Shown here piece after piece: positions 46,461-58,306 of a stretch of DNA of 64,000 nucleotides. The stretch lies in contig CAZVMP010000002.1 of assembly GCA_964628885.1 (NCBI GenBank), forward strand, positions 10,330 through 74,329, in the 5' to 3' direction. The stretch comes from an uncultured Gammaproteobacteria bacterium (GTDB taxonomy: Bacteria > Patescibacteriota > Microgenomatia > UBA12405). Below the pieces are notes generated by a model, which saw only the letters and a list, made by a program, of their open reading frames with translations, was not told the origin of the DNA and searched no databases. How positions within the stretch are numbered: the first letter of the stretch is position 1; each line of letters opens with the position of its first letter. The position numbers and the translations under genes were made by a program.

Positions 46461-49400
46461 ATGCCTTCCGTAAAAAGAACCTACTGGGGTCAAAAATACC
46501 CCAATATCCCTAAATTAGACTTAATTCAGATTCAAAAAGAGTCTTGGCGAGATTTTCTTGATCGTGAACTTAGGGAAACCATTCATGCTATTGCTCCTAT
46601 TATTGATTACACCGGCAATAATTGGCAACTTGATTTAGGTGAATTATCCTACGATCCTATTACCATTACTCCTGAAATTGCCAAGAAAAAAGGTCTTAAT
46701 TATACCGTTCCTATTCGTATTAAAGCTACTTTAACTAATAAGCGTACCGGTAATGTTCGTGAAGAAGATGTCTTTTTTCTAAATTTACCGACCATGACTG
46801 ACGAGGGTACTTTTATTATCAATGGTATCGAAAGGGGAGTTATTAATCAGCTGGTTCGATCTCCTGGTGTTTATTTTACTGGAGAAAGAGATGCTGCTAC
46901 TGGAAAAACTCTTTACAATGCCGAACTCCGTCCCAATAAAGGTTCCTGGTTAGAGTTTTTTGTTGGTAAAAAAGATGTTATTTTTGCTCGTATTGATCGA
47001 AAAAAGAAATTTCCTGCTACCATCTTGCTTCGAGCCGCTTGTCAGATGAACGACAAACAATTAGTTGCCGAGTTTGGTGATTTTATTTCCGCTACTATTC
47101 AGGCTGATGTTTCTAAAAGTCCTGAGGAAGCTGTTTTGGAATTTTATCGTAAGCTTCGACCAGGGGAACCTGTGGTTATGGAAAATGCTCAAAAGTTTTT
47201 CGAAGAAAGATTTTTTGATCTTAGAACTTACGAATTAGGTAACGTTGGTCGTTATAAGGTTAATAAAAAATTTGGATTTAAATTTGATGACACCGATAAA
47301 GCTAACTGGGTTTTACGAAAAGAAGACTTAATTGCCACTGTTAAATATTTAGTTGAACTCCAAAAAGGTAACGCCACCCGATTGGATGACATCGATAGTT
47401 TGGCTAATCGTCGTTTGCGCCGTTGTGGTGAAATAGTTTCTCAAATTGCTATCCGTCCAGCTATGGCTAGGTTTGAAAGAATGGTTAAAGAGAGAATGAG
47501 TTTAATTTCTACTAAAGAAAAACCGGCTCCTAGTCAAATGATTAATCCTCAGCCTTTAATCTCCACTCTTAACACTTTTTTTAGATCAAACCAATTATCT
47601 GCCATTCTCGATCAAACCAACCCTTTATCTGAGTTAGACTTACTTCGTCGGGTTACTGTTGTTGGAATTGGTGGTTTAACTCGAGATCGGGCCGCTTTCT
47701 CTATTCGTGACGTTCATTCATCTCAATATGGTCGCATTTGTACTGTTCGTTCACCTGAAGGTCCTAACATTGGATTAGTAACCTATTTGGCTCTTTATGC
47801 TCGAGTTGATAACTATGGTTTTATTTTAGCTCCATTCCGAAAATTAGTTAAAGTCAAAGATGGCTATACTATTTCAGATGATTATTTTTATCTTGACGCT
47901 GATGATGAGTTTGATAAAAAAATCACCCACCTTGGAATTAAATTTGATGACAAGGGAGTTACTACTCAAAAATGGGTTCCTATCCGTTACCAAGGAGAAT
48001 TTATTGAAGGGCCAATTAATCAGGTTGAATATATTGATTTAGTTCCTAATCAAATTGTTGGAGCTTCTGCTTCTCTAATTCCTTTTGTTGATCACGATGA
48101 TGCTACTCGGGCTCTTATGGGATCTCACATGCAGACTCAAGCAGTTCCTTTAGTTTCTCCTCAAGCCCCGATTGTTGGTACTGGTATGGAAGATGCTGTT
48201 GCCACCGCTATGAATCGTAGTGTTTTGGCTCATCGTTCTGGTAAGGTTACTTATGTTGATGGTTCTAGAATAGTTGTTACCTTAGACAAAAAGGCTGTAG
48301 TAGAGCATCACGATGAAAGTGAAATTAGCCCCGACGGTAAGACTGAAACTTATTATCTCTCAAAATTTGAGCGTACCTCGCCTTATGGAACTTGTTATAA
48401 CCAAAAATCAGTTGTTAAAACTGGAGATATTGTTAAACAAGGAGATCTTTTAATTGATGGTCCTTCTACTGATGGAGGTCAGTTATCTATCGGTAAAAAT
48501 TTACTGGTTGCTTACGCTGAACTTGACGGACTTAATTATGAAGATTCTTTTTTAATTTCTGACAGACTGGTTAAGGAAGATGTTTTAACCAATATCCAAA
48601 TCTATGAATATCAGGCTCAGGTAGTTGAAACCAAGCTTGGTTCAGAAGAATTAACCAAAGATATTCCTAATGTTTCTGAAAATGAACTTAGCAAGCTTAC
48701 CGATGATGGGATTGTTATGATTGGTGCTACCGTTGGCCCAAATGATATTTTAGTTGGTAAAGTTGAACCTCGTGGTGAAAAAGAATTGTCTGCTGAAGAA
48801 AGACTTCTTCGAGCTATTTTTGGTGAAAAAGCTCGTGAAGTTAAAGATACCTCTCTTAGAGTTGCTAACGGTGAAGGGGGAGTTGTTATTAAAGTAGATG
48901 TTTTAGACAAAGACCAAGGTGATGAACTTGATCCTGGGGTTAATAAGATTGTTAAAGTCTATATTGCTCAAATTCGTCGAATTCAGGAGGGTGATAAAAT
49001 CGCTGGAAGACATGGAAACAAAGGGGTCATTGGTCGGGTTTGGCCTTCATATGACATGCCTCGCACCGCCGATGGTACTCCAGTTGATTTAGTTATGTCC
49101 CCAATTTCTGTTATTTCCCGAATGAATTTAGGTCAAATTTTAGAAGCTAATCTAGCTCACGCCGGTCTTTATCTTAATAAAAGATATGCTGTTCCTGTTT
49201 TTGAAAAATACCCCGAAAGTCGAATTGCTGCCGAACTTGAATCTGCTGGTCTTGATAAAAGTTGTAAAGTTCAACTTTACGATGGTCGTACCGGTGAACC
49301 TTATGATCAACAAACTGTTGTCGGAGTTGGTTACATTCTTAAATTAGTTCATATGGTTGATGATAAAGTTCATTCTCGGTCTACTGGACCTTATTCCTTA

Positions 49401-49832
49401 GTTACTCAGCAACCTCTTGGTGGTAAAGCTCGTATGGGAGGTCAAAGATTAGGAGAAATGGAAGTTTGGGCTCTAGAAGCCCATCAAGCTGCTCATACTT
49501 TACAGGAAATGTTAACCATTAAATCTGATGATATTGATGGTAGAACTCATGCTTTCCAATCAATTATTAAAGGCGAACCAATTCCTGAGCCAGCTATTCC
49601 GGAATCATTTAAAGTTCTTACTAAAGAACTTTCTGGTTTAGCCCTGGACATCTCGCCGGTTGGGGTCAAGGAAATTGACCTTCTTCCTGAAGATGACACT
49701 TCTACTGCTGAGATTAAACCAGAAGATATTAGTCTGGAAATTCCAGCAGAAGAAAATTTTGAAGCCGAAACCGGTGACTTAACCGTTTCTGATTCGGCTA
49801 AGTTAGAGACTGAAATAAAGGAGGAACAATAA
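46461..49832 (+). CDS. rpoB: RNA polymerase beta subunit
   Basis: GTFIING, QLVRSPG, PEGPNIGL, GDKIAGRHGNKG and GGQRLGEMEVWALEA motifs. Confidence 0.98.
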   Translation: MPSVKRTYWGQKYPNIPKLDLIQIQKESWRDFLDRELRETIHAIAPIIDYTGNNWQLDLGELSYDPITITPEIAKKKGLNYTVPIRIKATLTNKRTGNVREEDVFFLNLPTMTDEGTFIINGIERGVINQLVRSPGVYFTGERDAATGKTLYNAELRPNKGSWLEFFVGKKDVIFARIDRKKKFPATILLRAACQMNDKQLVAEFGDFISATIQADVSKSPEEAVLEFYRKLRPGEPVVMENAQKFFEERFFDLRTYELGNVGRYKVNKKFGFKFDDTDKANWVLRKEDLIATVKYLVELQKGNATRLDDIDSLANRRLRRCGEIVSQIAIRPAMARFERMVKERMSLISTKEKPAPSQMINPQPLISTLNTFFRSNQLSAILDQTNPLSELDLLRRVTVVGIGGLTRDRAAFSIRDVHSSQYGRICTVRSPEGPNIGLVTYLALYARVDNYGFILAPFRKLVKVKDGYTISDDYFYLDADDEFDKKITHLGIKFDDKGVTTQKWVPIRYQGEFIEGPINQVEYIDLVPNQIVGASASLIPFVDHDDATRALMGSHMQTQAVPLVSPQAPIVGTGMEDAVATAMNRSVLAHRSGKVTYVDGSRIVVTLDKKAVVEHHDESEISPDGKTETYYLSKFERTSPYGTCYNQKSVVKTGDIVKQGDLLIDGPSTDGGQLSIGKNLLVAYAELDGLNYEDSFLISDRLVKEDVLTNIQIYEYQAQVVETKLGSEELTKDIPNVSENELSKLTDDGIVMIGATVGPNDILVGKVEPRGEKELSAEERLLRAIFGEKAREVKDTSLRVANGEGGVVIKVDVLDKDQGDELDPGVNKIVKVYIAQIRRIQEGDKIAGRHGNKGVIGRVWPSYDMPRTADGTPVDLVMSPISVISRMNLGQILEANLAHAGLYLNKRYAVPVFEKYPESRIAAELESAGLDKSCKVQLYDGRTGEPYDQQTVVGVGYILKLVHMVDDKVHSRSTGPYSLVTQQPLGGKARMGGQRLGEMEVWALEAHQAAHTLQEMLTIKSDDIDGRTHAFQSIIKGEPIPEPAIPESFKVLTKELSGLALDISPVGVKEIDLLPEDDTSTAEIKPEDISLEIPAEENFEAETGDLTVSDSAKLETEIKEEQ

Positions 49833-52800
49833 TGTTTAAATTTAAAAATATGATCGAATTTTCCGGTCTTCAAATTAAATTAGCTTCCCCGGAAGAAATT
49901 CTTGAATGGTCCCACGGTGAAGTCACTAAACCCGAAACTATTAATTATCGAAGTTGGCGTCCTGAAAAAGACGGCTTATTTTGTGAAAAAATTTTTGGAC
50001 CTAGTCGTGATTATGAATGTTATTGTGGTAAGTACAAAAAAATTCGTTTTAAAGGGGTTGTTTGTGATCGCTGCGGGGTTGAAGTCACTGTTTCCAAAGT
50101 TAGACGTGAACGTATGGGACACATCTCCTTGGCTGCTCCAGTAACTCATCTTTGGTATCTCCGCAATACTCCTTCTCCTTTGGGAGTAATTCTTGATGTT
50201 CCTCAAAAAGATTTGGAATCAGTTGTTTATTTTACTAAATACCTAATTACCCATGTTGATGATTCTAAAAGAAAAGAAGCTTTAGATAATTTACAACAAT
50301 ATTCTCATAATCGATTAGAACAAATTGATGCTGATACTAAAAAAACTATTGAGCAAAAAACTACTGAGATGGAAAAAGAAAAATCTGATCTCAAAAAAAA
50401 GATAAAAAATAAAGATCAGCTTAATATTGCTCAAGAAGAAAGAGATGTCCGTCTCAAACAGGAAATTCAAAAAATTGAAAATAAGGCCTTAGCTGAAAAA
50501 AACCGGATTGAGGGCTTAATTAAATATCTTGAGGAAAAAATTCAAACCATTAATGTTCTTTCGACTATTTCTGATGAAGAGAATTTTTACTTATCTCAGT
50601 TTAGAGCTAATATTTTCTTTACTGCCAGGATGGGAGCTGAGAGCTTAGTTGATGTCTTGTCTCAAATTGATTTAGTTGAAACCGTCAAAGATCTTAAAAA
50701 AGAACTTGCCAAAACCAGTTCTAAAATCAAAAAGAAGAAAATCATGTATAAGATTAGAATTCTTAGTGGTATGAGCGACAATAATATTAAGGCATCATCA
50801 ATGATCTTAACAAATGTCCCGGTTATTCCACCAGATTTACGTCCCATGGTCCAATTGACTGGAGGTCGTTTTGCTACCTCAGATTTAAACGATCTTTATC
50901 GCCGGCTTATTAATCGTAATAACCGTCTTAAAAAACTACTCAAACTTGGAGCTCCAGAAATAATTCTTCGTAATGAAAAAAGAATGCTTCAAGAGTCAGT
51001 TGATATTCTAATTGATGCTCAAAAAGCCTCTAAAAACAAACGCAAAAGTCTTAAAAGAATCCCCAGATCATTATCTGATCTTTTACGTGGTAAAAAAGGT
51101 CGTTTCCGACGTAATCTTTTAGGTAAGCGGGTTGATTATTCCGGTCGTTCCGTCATCGTTGTTGGTCCCGAGTTAGCTCTTGATGAAGTTGGTTTGCCAA
51201 AAGAAATTGCTCTAGAAATGTTCCGTCCTTTTGTTCTTAGGGAACTTATGGCTACTGGTATTGCTCCAAATATCAAAAGTGCTAAAAATTTAATTGATCA
51301 TCGAATTACTGAAGTTTATGATATTTTAGAAAAAGTCACTCAAGATAAGTATGTCCTTCTTAACCGAGCTCCAACCCTTCATAAACTTTCCATTCAGGCA
51401 TTTAAGCCAGTCCTTACTGACGGTTTAGCTATTCGTCTTCATCCTTGTGTTTGTAAAGGATTTAACGCTGATTTTGATGGTGATCAAATGGGAGTTCATC
51501 TCCCCTTGTCTCAAGCCTCTCAAAAAGAAGCCAAAGAATTAATGTTGCCGTCAAAGAATTTGCTTAAGCCAGCAGATAGTAGCCCAATTTCTATCCCTAC
51601 CCAAGGGATGGCTGTCGGCTGCTACTACATTACTTCAGTCAGGTCTCAGGATTTAGCCAAAGAAACTGCCAAAGGGTTTAAAGATTTATCCATCTTTACT
51701 AATCGAGCTGAAGCCGAATTAGCTTATCAATCAAATAAGATTGAACTTCGAGAGCTTATTGCCGTTCGAATTAAAGGTGAAATTATTAAAACTACTTTTG
51801 GTCGAATTTGGTTTAACAAAATCCTCCCCAAAGAGTTTAATTTTGTTAATGAAGCTATGGCTGGCTCCAAGGCTCTCAATGACCTGGTTGTTAAATCTCT
51901 AGAAATTGCTGGTCGAGTTAAAACTGTTAAGCTTATTGACTCTCTTAAGGAGATTGGTTTTAAAGGCTTTACCTTATCTGGTATCTCTTTATCTATGAAT
52001 GATTGTGGTTATCTTCCTAAAAAAGATGACATTATTCATAACGCCAATAAACTCGTTGCTGAAATTGAAGATAACTTCAAAATTGGTCTTATTAGTAATG
52101 ATGAAAAGAAACGTCTTAGTCAAAATATTTGGTTAGAAAAGACTGAAGAAATTGCTGAAAAGACTTGGGAAACCTTAGATGTAGATTCTCCAATTAGAAT
52201 TGTTTCTTCTGCTGGAATTAAAAGAGCTTCAAAAGACCAAATTAAACAGCTTTCTGGTATGAGAGGGCTCATGGTTGATCCTACCGGAAAAATTGTTCAA
52301 TTACCCACTAAATCAAACTTTAGAGAAGGATTATCAGTTTTTGAGTATGTTACCGGAGCTCGTGGTACTCGCAAAGGTTTGGCTGATACTGCTCTTAAGA
52401 CAGCAGATGCCGGTTATCTTACTCGTCGTTTAGTTGATGCCGCCCACATCTCTATTATTAGAATTGATGATTGCGGTACTAAAAAATATATTACTGTTGA
52501 CGCCAACGAAAAAGGTCGCGAAAGATATTTTACTCGTCGTATCTTAGGCCGTGTTTTAGCCAATGATATTATTGACCCTAAGACTAAGAAGGTTTTTCTT
52601 AAAAAAGGTGATATCTTGGATAACAATGCTGTTGATCTTATTGAAAGCAAACAGATCACTTCAGTTGATGTTCGTTCACCTATTACTTGTGCTGCTGAAA
52701 CCGGTCTTTGTCGTCAATGTTATGGTTGGGATTTATCAACTAGAAAAATGGTTGATGTCGGGGTTCCTGTTGGAGTTGTTGCCGCTCAGTCTGTTGGTGA

Positions 52801-53563
52801 ACCAGGTACTCAATTAACATTAAGAACTAAACATACCGGTGGAGTTGTCGGGGTTGACGTTACTCAAGGATTGCCTCGGGTTCAAGAATTATTTGAAATT
52901 CGTATTCCTAAGATTCCTTCACCTTTAGCTGAAATTAATGGTAAGGTTAAGATCAAAGAATCTCTTGATGGTTACGAAGTTAAACTTAGCGGTAAAGATG
53001 ATAAAAAAATTAGCAAAACCATTACTTATATTTTGCCTTCAAATGCCAATTTATTAGTCGCTGATGGTGACCTGGTCGGCAAAGGGACTCAATTATCTTC
53101 TGGATCTCTTGATGTTAGAGAAATTATGGACATCAAAGGTCTTGAAGCTGCTCAAAAATATTTAATAAATAATATTCAAGGGGTTTATGAATCTCAAGGG
53201 ATTACTATCCATGATAAACACTTGGAAGTTATTGTTAAAGAAATGAGCGGTAAGATTAAAATTGAAGACCCTGGTGATACTAATTTCCTCTATGGTCAGA
53301 TTGTCTCTTTGGCAGTTTTTAATGCTACCAACGAAAAAGTCAAAGCTAAAGAGGAATACAATAAGCCAGCTACTGGACGACAAATTCTTCTAGGATTAAT
53401 TCAGTCAGCTCTCACCACCGGATCCTGGTTGTCAGCTGCTTCATTCCAACAAACTACCAGTATTTTGACGGAAGCATCTTTAATTGCTGAAGTCGATGAC
53501 TTGATAGGTTTAAAGGAAAATGTTATTATCGGACGTCTTATTCCTGTCAATAAGGATCAATAA
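49832..53563 (+). CDS. rpoC: RNA polymerase beta-prime subunit
   Basis: Zinc-finger Cys, [21 protein letters not shown] and [11 protein letters not shown] motifs. Confidence 0.98.
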   Translation: MFKFKNMIEFSGLQIKLASPEEILEWSHGEVTKPETINYRSWRPEKDGLFCEKIFGPSRDYECYCGKYKKIRFKGVVCDRCGVEVTVSKVRRERMGHISLAAPVTHLWYLRNTPSPLGVILDVPQKDLESVVYFTKYLITHVDDSKRKEALDNLQQYSHNRLEQIDADTKKTIEQKTTEMEKEKSDLKKKIKNKDQLNIAQEERDVRLKQEIQKIENKALAEKNRIEGLIKYLEEKIQTINVLSTISDEENFYLSQFRANIFFTARMGAESLVDVLSQIDLVETVKDLKKELAKTSSKIKKKKIMYKIRILSGMSDNNIKASSMILTNVPVIPPDLRPMVQLTGGRFATSDLNDLYRRLINRNNRLKKLLKLGAPEIILRNEKRMLQESVDILIDAQKASKNKRKSLKRIPRSLSDLLRGKKGRFRRNLLGKRVDYSGRSVIVVGPELALDEVGLPKEIALEMFRPFVLRELMATGIAPNIKSAKNLIDHRITEVYDILEKVTQDKYVLLNRAPTLHKLSIQAFKPVLTDGLAIRLHPCVCKGFNADFDGDQMGVHLPLSQASQKEAKELMLPSKNLLKPADSSPISIPTQGMAVGCYYITSVRSQDLAKETAKGFKDLSIFTNRAEAELAYQSNKIELRELIAVRIKGEIIKTTFGRIWFNKILPKEFNFVNEAMAGSKALNDLVVKSLEIAGRVKTVKLIDSLKEIGFKGFTLSGISLSMNDCGYLPKKDDIIHNANKLVAEIEDNFKIGLISNDEKKRLSQNIWLEKTEEIAEKTWETLDVDSPIRIVSSAGIKRASKDQIKQLSGMRGLMVDPTGKIVQLPTKSNFREGLSVFEYVTGARGTRKGLADTALKTADAGYLTRRLVDAAHISIIRIDDCGTKKYITVDANEKGRERYFTRRILGRVLANDIIDPKTKKVFLKKGDILDNNAVDLIESKQITSVDVRSPITCAAETGLCRQCYGWDLSTRKMVDVGVPVGVVAAQSVGEPGTQLTLRTKHTGGVVGVDVTQGLPRVQELFEIRIPKIPSPLAEINGKVKIKESLDGYEVKLSGKDDKKISKTITYILPSNANLLVADGDLVGKGTQLSSGSLDVREIMDIKGLEAAQKYLINNIQGVYESQGITIHDKHLEVIVKEMSGKIKIEDPGDTNFLYGQIVSLAVFNATNEKVKAKEEYNKPATGRQILLGLIQSALTTGSWLSAASFQQTTSILTEASLIAEVDDLIGLKENVIIGRLIPVNKDQ

Positions 53564-53567
53564 AAAT

Positions 53568-53993
53568 ATGCCAACAGCAAACCAACTTATCAAAAAAGGC
53601 CGCAAAGTGAGGATTAAAAAACTCAAAACCGGGGCTCTTCGTGATAATTTTAATACCGTTAATAATCGTTTTACTAAAACTATTAATCCGGTTAAAAAAG
53701 GGGTAGTAACTGTCGTTAAAACTATGACCCCTAAAAAACCTCATTCTGCTTTGAGAAAAATTTGTAAAGTCAAATTAAGTAATCGAAACTTGGTTACTGC
53801 TTATATTCCTGGTATTGGCCATAATTTAGCCGAACACAGTATTGTCTCTATTCGTGGAGGTCGGGTCCGAGATTTACCTGGTGTCCGTTATCATGTTATT
53901 AGAGGTAAATTTGACGCTGCTGGTGTTACTGGAAGAATGCAATCTCGCAGTAAATACGGTGCTAAAAAACCTGGGGCCGCTAAAGCTGCCTAA
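53568..53993 (+). CDS. rpsL: 30S ribosomal protein S12
   Basis: [26 protein letters not shown] and DLPGVRY motifs. Confidence 0.97.
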   Translation: MPTANQLIKKGRKVRIKKLKTGALRDNFNTVNNRFTKTINPVKKGVVTVVKTMTPKKPHSALRKICKVKLSNRNLVTAYIPGIGHNLAEHSIVSIRGGRVRDLPGVRYHVIRGKFDAAGVTGRMQSRSKYGAKKPGAAKAA

Positions 53994-54033
53994 ATTATAA
54001 ACTTTATAACTTTTAACTTTATAAAAAACTATT

Positions 54034-54516
54034 ATGTCCAGAAAAGGAGCTAGTAAAATTAGACAAGTTGAACCAGATGCTATCTATAATAGTGTTTTGG
54101 TCTCCAAAATTATTAATGCTACCATGAAAGATGGTAAGCGGAATGCTGCTGAAAAACAAATTTATCAAGCATTAGAATTAATTAAAAAGGATTTTCCTAA
54201 AGAATCAGAGTTAGAGGTTCTGGAGAGAGCTTTCGAAAATATTAAGCCTAAGATTGAAGTCCGTCCTCGTCGAATTGGAGGTGCTGTTTATCAAATTCCT
54301 ACCCCAGTTCGAGGTCTCCGTCAAAATTCTTTAGCAATTCGTTGGTTAATTAGTTCTTCTCGAGCTAGAAGTAATAAACAATACCATTCGTTTGCTCAAA
54401 AAATTGCCGCTGAACTTAATGATGCCCTTAGTAATAGTGGGGCTGCTGTCGCCAAAAGAGTAGAAATCGAACGGATGGCTGAAGCTAATAAAGCCTTTGC
54501 TCACCTCAGGTGGTAG
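54034..54516 (+). CDS. rpsG: 30S ribosomal protein S7
   Basis: RRIGGAVYQIP, LAIRWL and MAEANKAFAH motifs. Confidence 0.97.
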   Translation: MSRKGASKIRQVEPDAIYNSVLVSKIINATMKDGKRNAAEKQIYQALELIKKDFPKESELEVLERAFENIKPKIEVRPRRIGGAVYQIPTPVRGLRQNSLAIRWLISSSRARSNKQYHSFAQKIAAELNDALSNSGAAVAKRVEIERMAEANKAFAHLRW

Positions 54517-54600
54517 TTTTACAAACTAAAAACCTATTGTTGGGGATTTTTTTCTTTAGTCTTGATTTCATAGTTAAATTTAGTCATACTTAGATAATAT

Positions 54601-55968
54601 ATGTCGTTATTTTCCAAGCCCAAGATTGTTATTTGGCCCAAAAGTCAGTCGGTTGAAATTTATCTTAGCCGTAAGGACAATAATTTTTTCAGTTTAGATA
54701 TTAATCTTTGGCAAGAAAGATCAGGAAAGGATTTGGAGGGGTTAATTTTTTTCCTAAATCAAAACAAAATTACTCAAGCTTCAGTTTTAATTCCTGATGA
54801 TGTTGTTGTTACTAAATCATTTGTTTATGATACTAAAATTGACACCATTGATAAAAAAGAGGTTATTAGTCTAGCTTCCGGTTTTGTTAATTTTAATATT
54901 AATCCAGAATCTATTGAATATTCTCTAATTCAAGATGGAGATAAAACTATCATTAACTCCGTTATTTATGATAAATCGAAAATTGATTGTCTTAAATCTA
55001 ATCTCCTTAAAACTAATTTAAACATCACTTCCTATCAACCAGTTTCAGCCGCAGTTAGCAACGTTGTTTCTAGAATTTATCTTAATGAATTTTTTCTTAT
55101 CTATCCCTTAAATGATCGTGAATATACTTTATTGCTCTCAAAAAATAATCAAGTTTATTTGACCGCTAATTTTAAAGGTCCAGGACTTGATATTCAAAAA
55201 ACCATTAATTATGCTCAACTGTATTTTTCTAATCCAGTTACCAAAATCTATTATCCGGAGAATAAAGACTTAGAAATTATTACTTCTACAGAAATGGAAA
55301 AAACTTCCTATAATGAAACTCAAATTGCTCAAAGCTTAAACCAACCTGGGAATATGCCGTTACCAGTTGTTGGTCAGAATAATGGTATAATTAACTCAAA
55401 TAAAGATATTAGTTTAACTAAACAATCAAATATGAATAATAAAAAGAATTTAATCCCTATAATTGCCGTTATTATCTTTTCTTTTGCGATTGTTTCCTTT
55501 ATTGTTTATCTTATAATCAACAAAAATCAATCTTCTGAAATAATTGATGGTAATCAACTTGACCAAGATGTCATTCCTACCACCATTATTGAAGCTATTA
55601 CTCCCGAACCCACTCCAATCGTTGAAGAAATTAGTAAGGATATAAAAATCCAGGTCCTAAATGCTACTGAAATTAACGGTCAGGCTGCTACTCTTAAGGC
55701 TAAATTAGTTTCTTTAGGATTTGAAAACGTTGCCGTCGGCAATGCTGCCACTGCTGCCACTACTAATTCTGTTCAGGTTAAATCAGCCACTACTTCAGCT
55801 TATTTTGAGTCAGTTTTAATGGAAGATTTCCCCGCCGACTATACCGACGATCTTAAATCAACCTCTACTTATGATGCTGTTTTCACTATTGGTACCGACA
55901 TTTCTGGGATGAAAACTATTACTGTTACTCCCACCACAACTACCACTCCTACCGTTGTTGAAGAATAA
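54601..55968 (+). CDS. Membrane protein with PilM-like N-terminal region and a LytR_C domain
   Basis: One TM; C-terminal IQVLNATEINGQAA...GF...VGNA...DAVFTIGTD matches LytR_C. The N-terminal call is tentative. Confidence 0.65.
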   Translation: MSLFSKPKIVIWPKSQSVEIYLSRKDNNFFSLDINLWQERSGKDLEGLIFFLNQNKITQASVLIPDDVVVTKSFVYDTKIDTIDKKEVISLASGFVNFNINPESIEYSLIQDGDKTIINSVIYDKSKIDCLKSNLLKTNLNITSYQPVSAAVSNVVSRIYLNEFFLIYPLNDREYTLLLSKNNQVYLTANFKGPGLDIQKTINYAQLYFSNPVTKIYYPENKDLEIITSTEMEKTSYNETQIAQSLNQPGNMPLPVVGQNNGIINSNKDISLTKQSNMNNKKNLIPIIAVIIFSFAIVSFIVYLIINKNQSSEIIDGNQLDQDVIPTTIIEAITPEPTPIVEEISKDIKIQVLNATEINGQAATLKAKLVSLGFENVAVGNAATAATTNSVQVKSATTSAYFESVLMEDFPADYTDDLKSTSTYDAVFTIGTDISGMKTITVTPTTTTTPTVVEE

Positions 55969-55975
55969 TTAATTT

Positions 55976-57250
55976 ATGGTTGAGTCGTCACGGTATCAAC
56001 AGGATCAGCTAGCTATTTCAAACAAGGAGAAAATAGATTCTCTTCGAGAATTTACTGTTTCTCCTGATGGTCAAGAGACCATGATTAATTTTGTTGAATC
56101 TCTCAGATCAGAAGTTGGTAATCGGTCTGGTTGGGAAGCTGTTTGCCGTCAGGCTGAAGCCGAAATATCACTTTACCCGGTTACCGATGAGGTTTTAAAC
56201 AAGTTAAATCAATCTTTTTCTGTTTTTATTGATCGAATGCCTCCTGGTCACGACCGTGGTCATTTATCCCGCGATTTATTAGCCTCACTTTATCTCTACG
56301 GCTCTACTAGGAACAACATCTCTTATAAATCAGATGCAACTGCTGGTTTACTGGCCGGTATTTACCATGATATTGGCACGGCTATTATTCCTAGATATCA
56401 GGACAACAAGTACGGCGCCGGTCATGCTGAAACTGGTTCTTATCTTTTTTGGCAGATTTCAGAGGGGCTTATTGATGAAAATACCCGAAAATTAGCTTGT
56501 TATGCTATTGCCGCTCATACTCATTATTTAAATGATATTAAGACTTCTTTTCCTAAAGATTATCTCAGAAAAACTTACTGGGATGATCTCCATCAGGATG
56601 ATGACGGCAAGCTTATCGGTACCGCCATCCATCTAACTCGTTGCAGTGATAGGGCTGATAGTAATGGGGTTAATCTTATTTTTCGTCACATCAACGCTAA
56701 TATAGACACTCTTCAACAAGGTGGTCAAGAAATTCATGATGATCAGTGGATTGATATTAACCGCGACAGTTTAATTAAGGTCTTAACTCCTATTATTAGG
56801 GAAGATCAAACCAAACCATTAACCACCTTAGAGCACGTTCTCCGTTTTGCTAAGTCAAATGACGGTACCACTCCTTATTCTAAGAATGATCATTTTTTTC
56901 CCGAATTTAAAAAAATACTTAGATTAGAGCTGGCTCAATTTAGAGATTTTATGACTAGTCTTAACGACCACTCTTCATCTATTAACGGTAACAACCTCTC
57001 TTCTCAGGAGACAATAAAATCTTTTTTGTATAAATTTTCCAAATCAGATCCTCATGATTTTGATCAAGCTTGGTTAAGTTTCACCAAAATTTGGCCTCAA
57101 ATCAACAAAGACCACCAGCTTCGTTGGTATCGTGGCACGGCTTATGCCAAATCAGCTTATAATGACTTACTTGATTTTTATCAGCAGGAACTCAAATCAT
57201 CCGATTTTCCACTAACTGTTGACCGCACTATTGATTTTCTCCGCCACTAG
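55976..57250 (+). CDS. HD-domain metal-dependent phosphohydrolase
   Basis: GHDRGHLSR, YHDIG, GHAETG, IAAHT and SDRAD motifs. Confidence 0.75.
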   Translation: MVESSRYQQDQLAISNKEKIDSLREFTVSPDGQETMINFVESLRSEVGNRSGWEAVCRQAEAEISLYPVTDEVLNKLNQSFSVFIDRMPPGHDRGHLSRDLLASLYLYGSTRNNISYKSDATAGLLAGIYHDIGTAIIPRYQDNKYGAGHAETGSYLFWQISEGLIDENTRKLACYAIAAHTHYLNDIKTSFPKDYLRKTYWDDLHQDDDGKLIGTAIHLTRCSDRADSNGVNLIFRHINANIDTLQQGGQEIHDDQWIDINRDSLIKVLTPIIREDQTKPLTTLEHVLRFAKSNDGTTPYSKNDHFFPEFKKILRLELAQFRDFMTSLNDHSSSINGNNLSSQETIKSFLYKFSKSDPHDFDQAWLSFTKIWPQINKDHQLRWYRGTAYAKSAYNDLLDFYQQELKSSDFPLTVDRTIDFLRH

Positions 57251-57298
57251 AAACTGTCTTGAAAAATCGCTTCCAAATACGATACAATGGTGTCACAT

Positions 57299-58306
57299 AT
57301 GAAAATACTAATTACTGGCGGTCTTGGTTTTATTGGTTCGAATTTCATTAAGTATTGGTTTAAACAACATCCCAATGATTCCATCATTAATTTTGATAAG
57401 GTTACTTATGCTGCCAACCCTCGTAATTTAGTTGAATTTAATAATCATCCCAATTATCGTTTTGTTAAAGGTGATATTTTAGATGAGGCTTTGGTTAATG
57501 ACCTAGTTTCTCAGGTTGATCTAATTGTTCATTTTGCTGCCGAGTCACACGTTGATCGCTCTATTGATGACCCATCATTATTTGTTCGCACTAACGTCTT
57601 GGGTACTTACAATCTTTTAATGGCTGCTCGTCAACATAATACCCGTTTTCACCATGTTTCCACTGATGAGGTTTTTGGCAGTATTGATATTGACTCTTCT
57701 AATCAATTTAATGAAACTACTCCTTACGATCCCTCCAGCCCTTATTCAGCTTCTAAGGCTTCATCAGATCATTTTGTCAGATCTTTTCATAAAACTTTTG
57801 GTTTACCGGTTACTATTAGTAACTGTTCCAATAATTATGGTCCTTATCAGCATCCTGAAAAAATGATTCCTCGGACAGTTACCAACCTTTTGTCTGGTCA
57901 AAAAGTCAAAATTTATGGTCAAGGTCTTAATTTCCGTGATTGGCTTCATGTTGAAGACCATTGTCGGGCTTTAGAATTAATTATTCTAAAAGGTAGAATT
58001 GGTCAAACTTACTGTATTGGTGGTCTTAAGAAAGGTACTTCCAATATTGATTTGGTTAAACAAATCTTAAAATTAATGAATAAGGATGAATCCGATATTG
58101 AATATGTTGCTGACCGCCCAGCTCACGACAATTATGCTGTCAATTGGGATAAGATTAGTCAAGAATTGGGTTGGCAACCTCAATATGATTTAGAGTCAGG
58201 TCTCAAACAAACCATCAACTGGTATACTCAAAACGAATCCTGGTGGCAGGAAACCAAAAAAGAAGCTGAAGAGTTTTATCTCAAATTAAATCAATCAAAA
58301 AAATAA
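57299..58306 (+). CDS. rfbB: dTDP-glucose 4,6-dehydratase
   Basis: GGLGFIGSN, AAESHVDRSI, STDEVFG, YSASK and NCSNNYGPYQ motifs. Confidence 0.95.
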   Translation: MKILITGGLGFIGSNFIKYWFKQHPNDSIINFDKVTYAANPRNLVEFNNHPNYRFVKGDILDEALVNDLVSQVDLIVHFAAESHVDRSIDDPSLFVRTNVLGTYNLLMAARQHNTRFHHVSTDEVFGSIDIDSSNQFNETTPYDPSSPYSASKASSDHFVRSFHKTFGLPVTISNCSNNYGPYQHPEKMIPRTVTNLLSGQKVKIYGQGLNFRDWLHVEDHCRALELIILKGRIGQTYCIGGLKKGTSNIDLVKQILKLMNKDESDIEYVADRPAHDNYAVNWDKISQELGWQPQYDLESGLKQTINWYTQNESWWQETKKEAEEFYLKLNQSKK

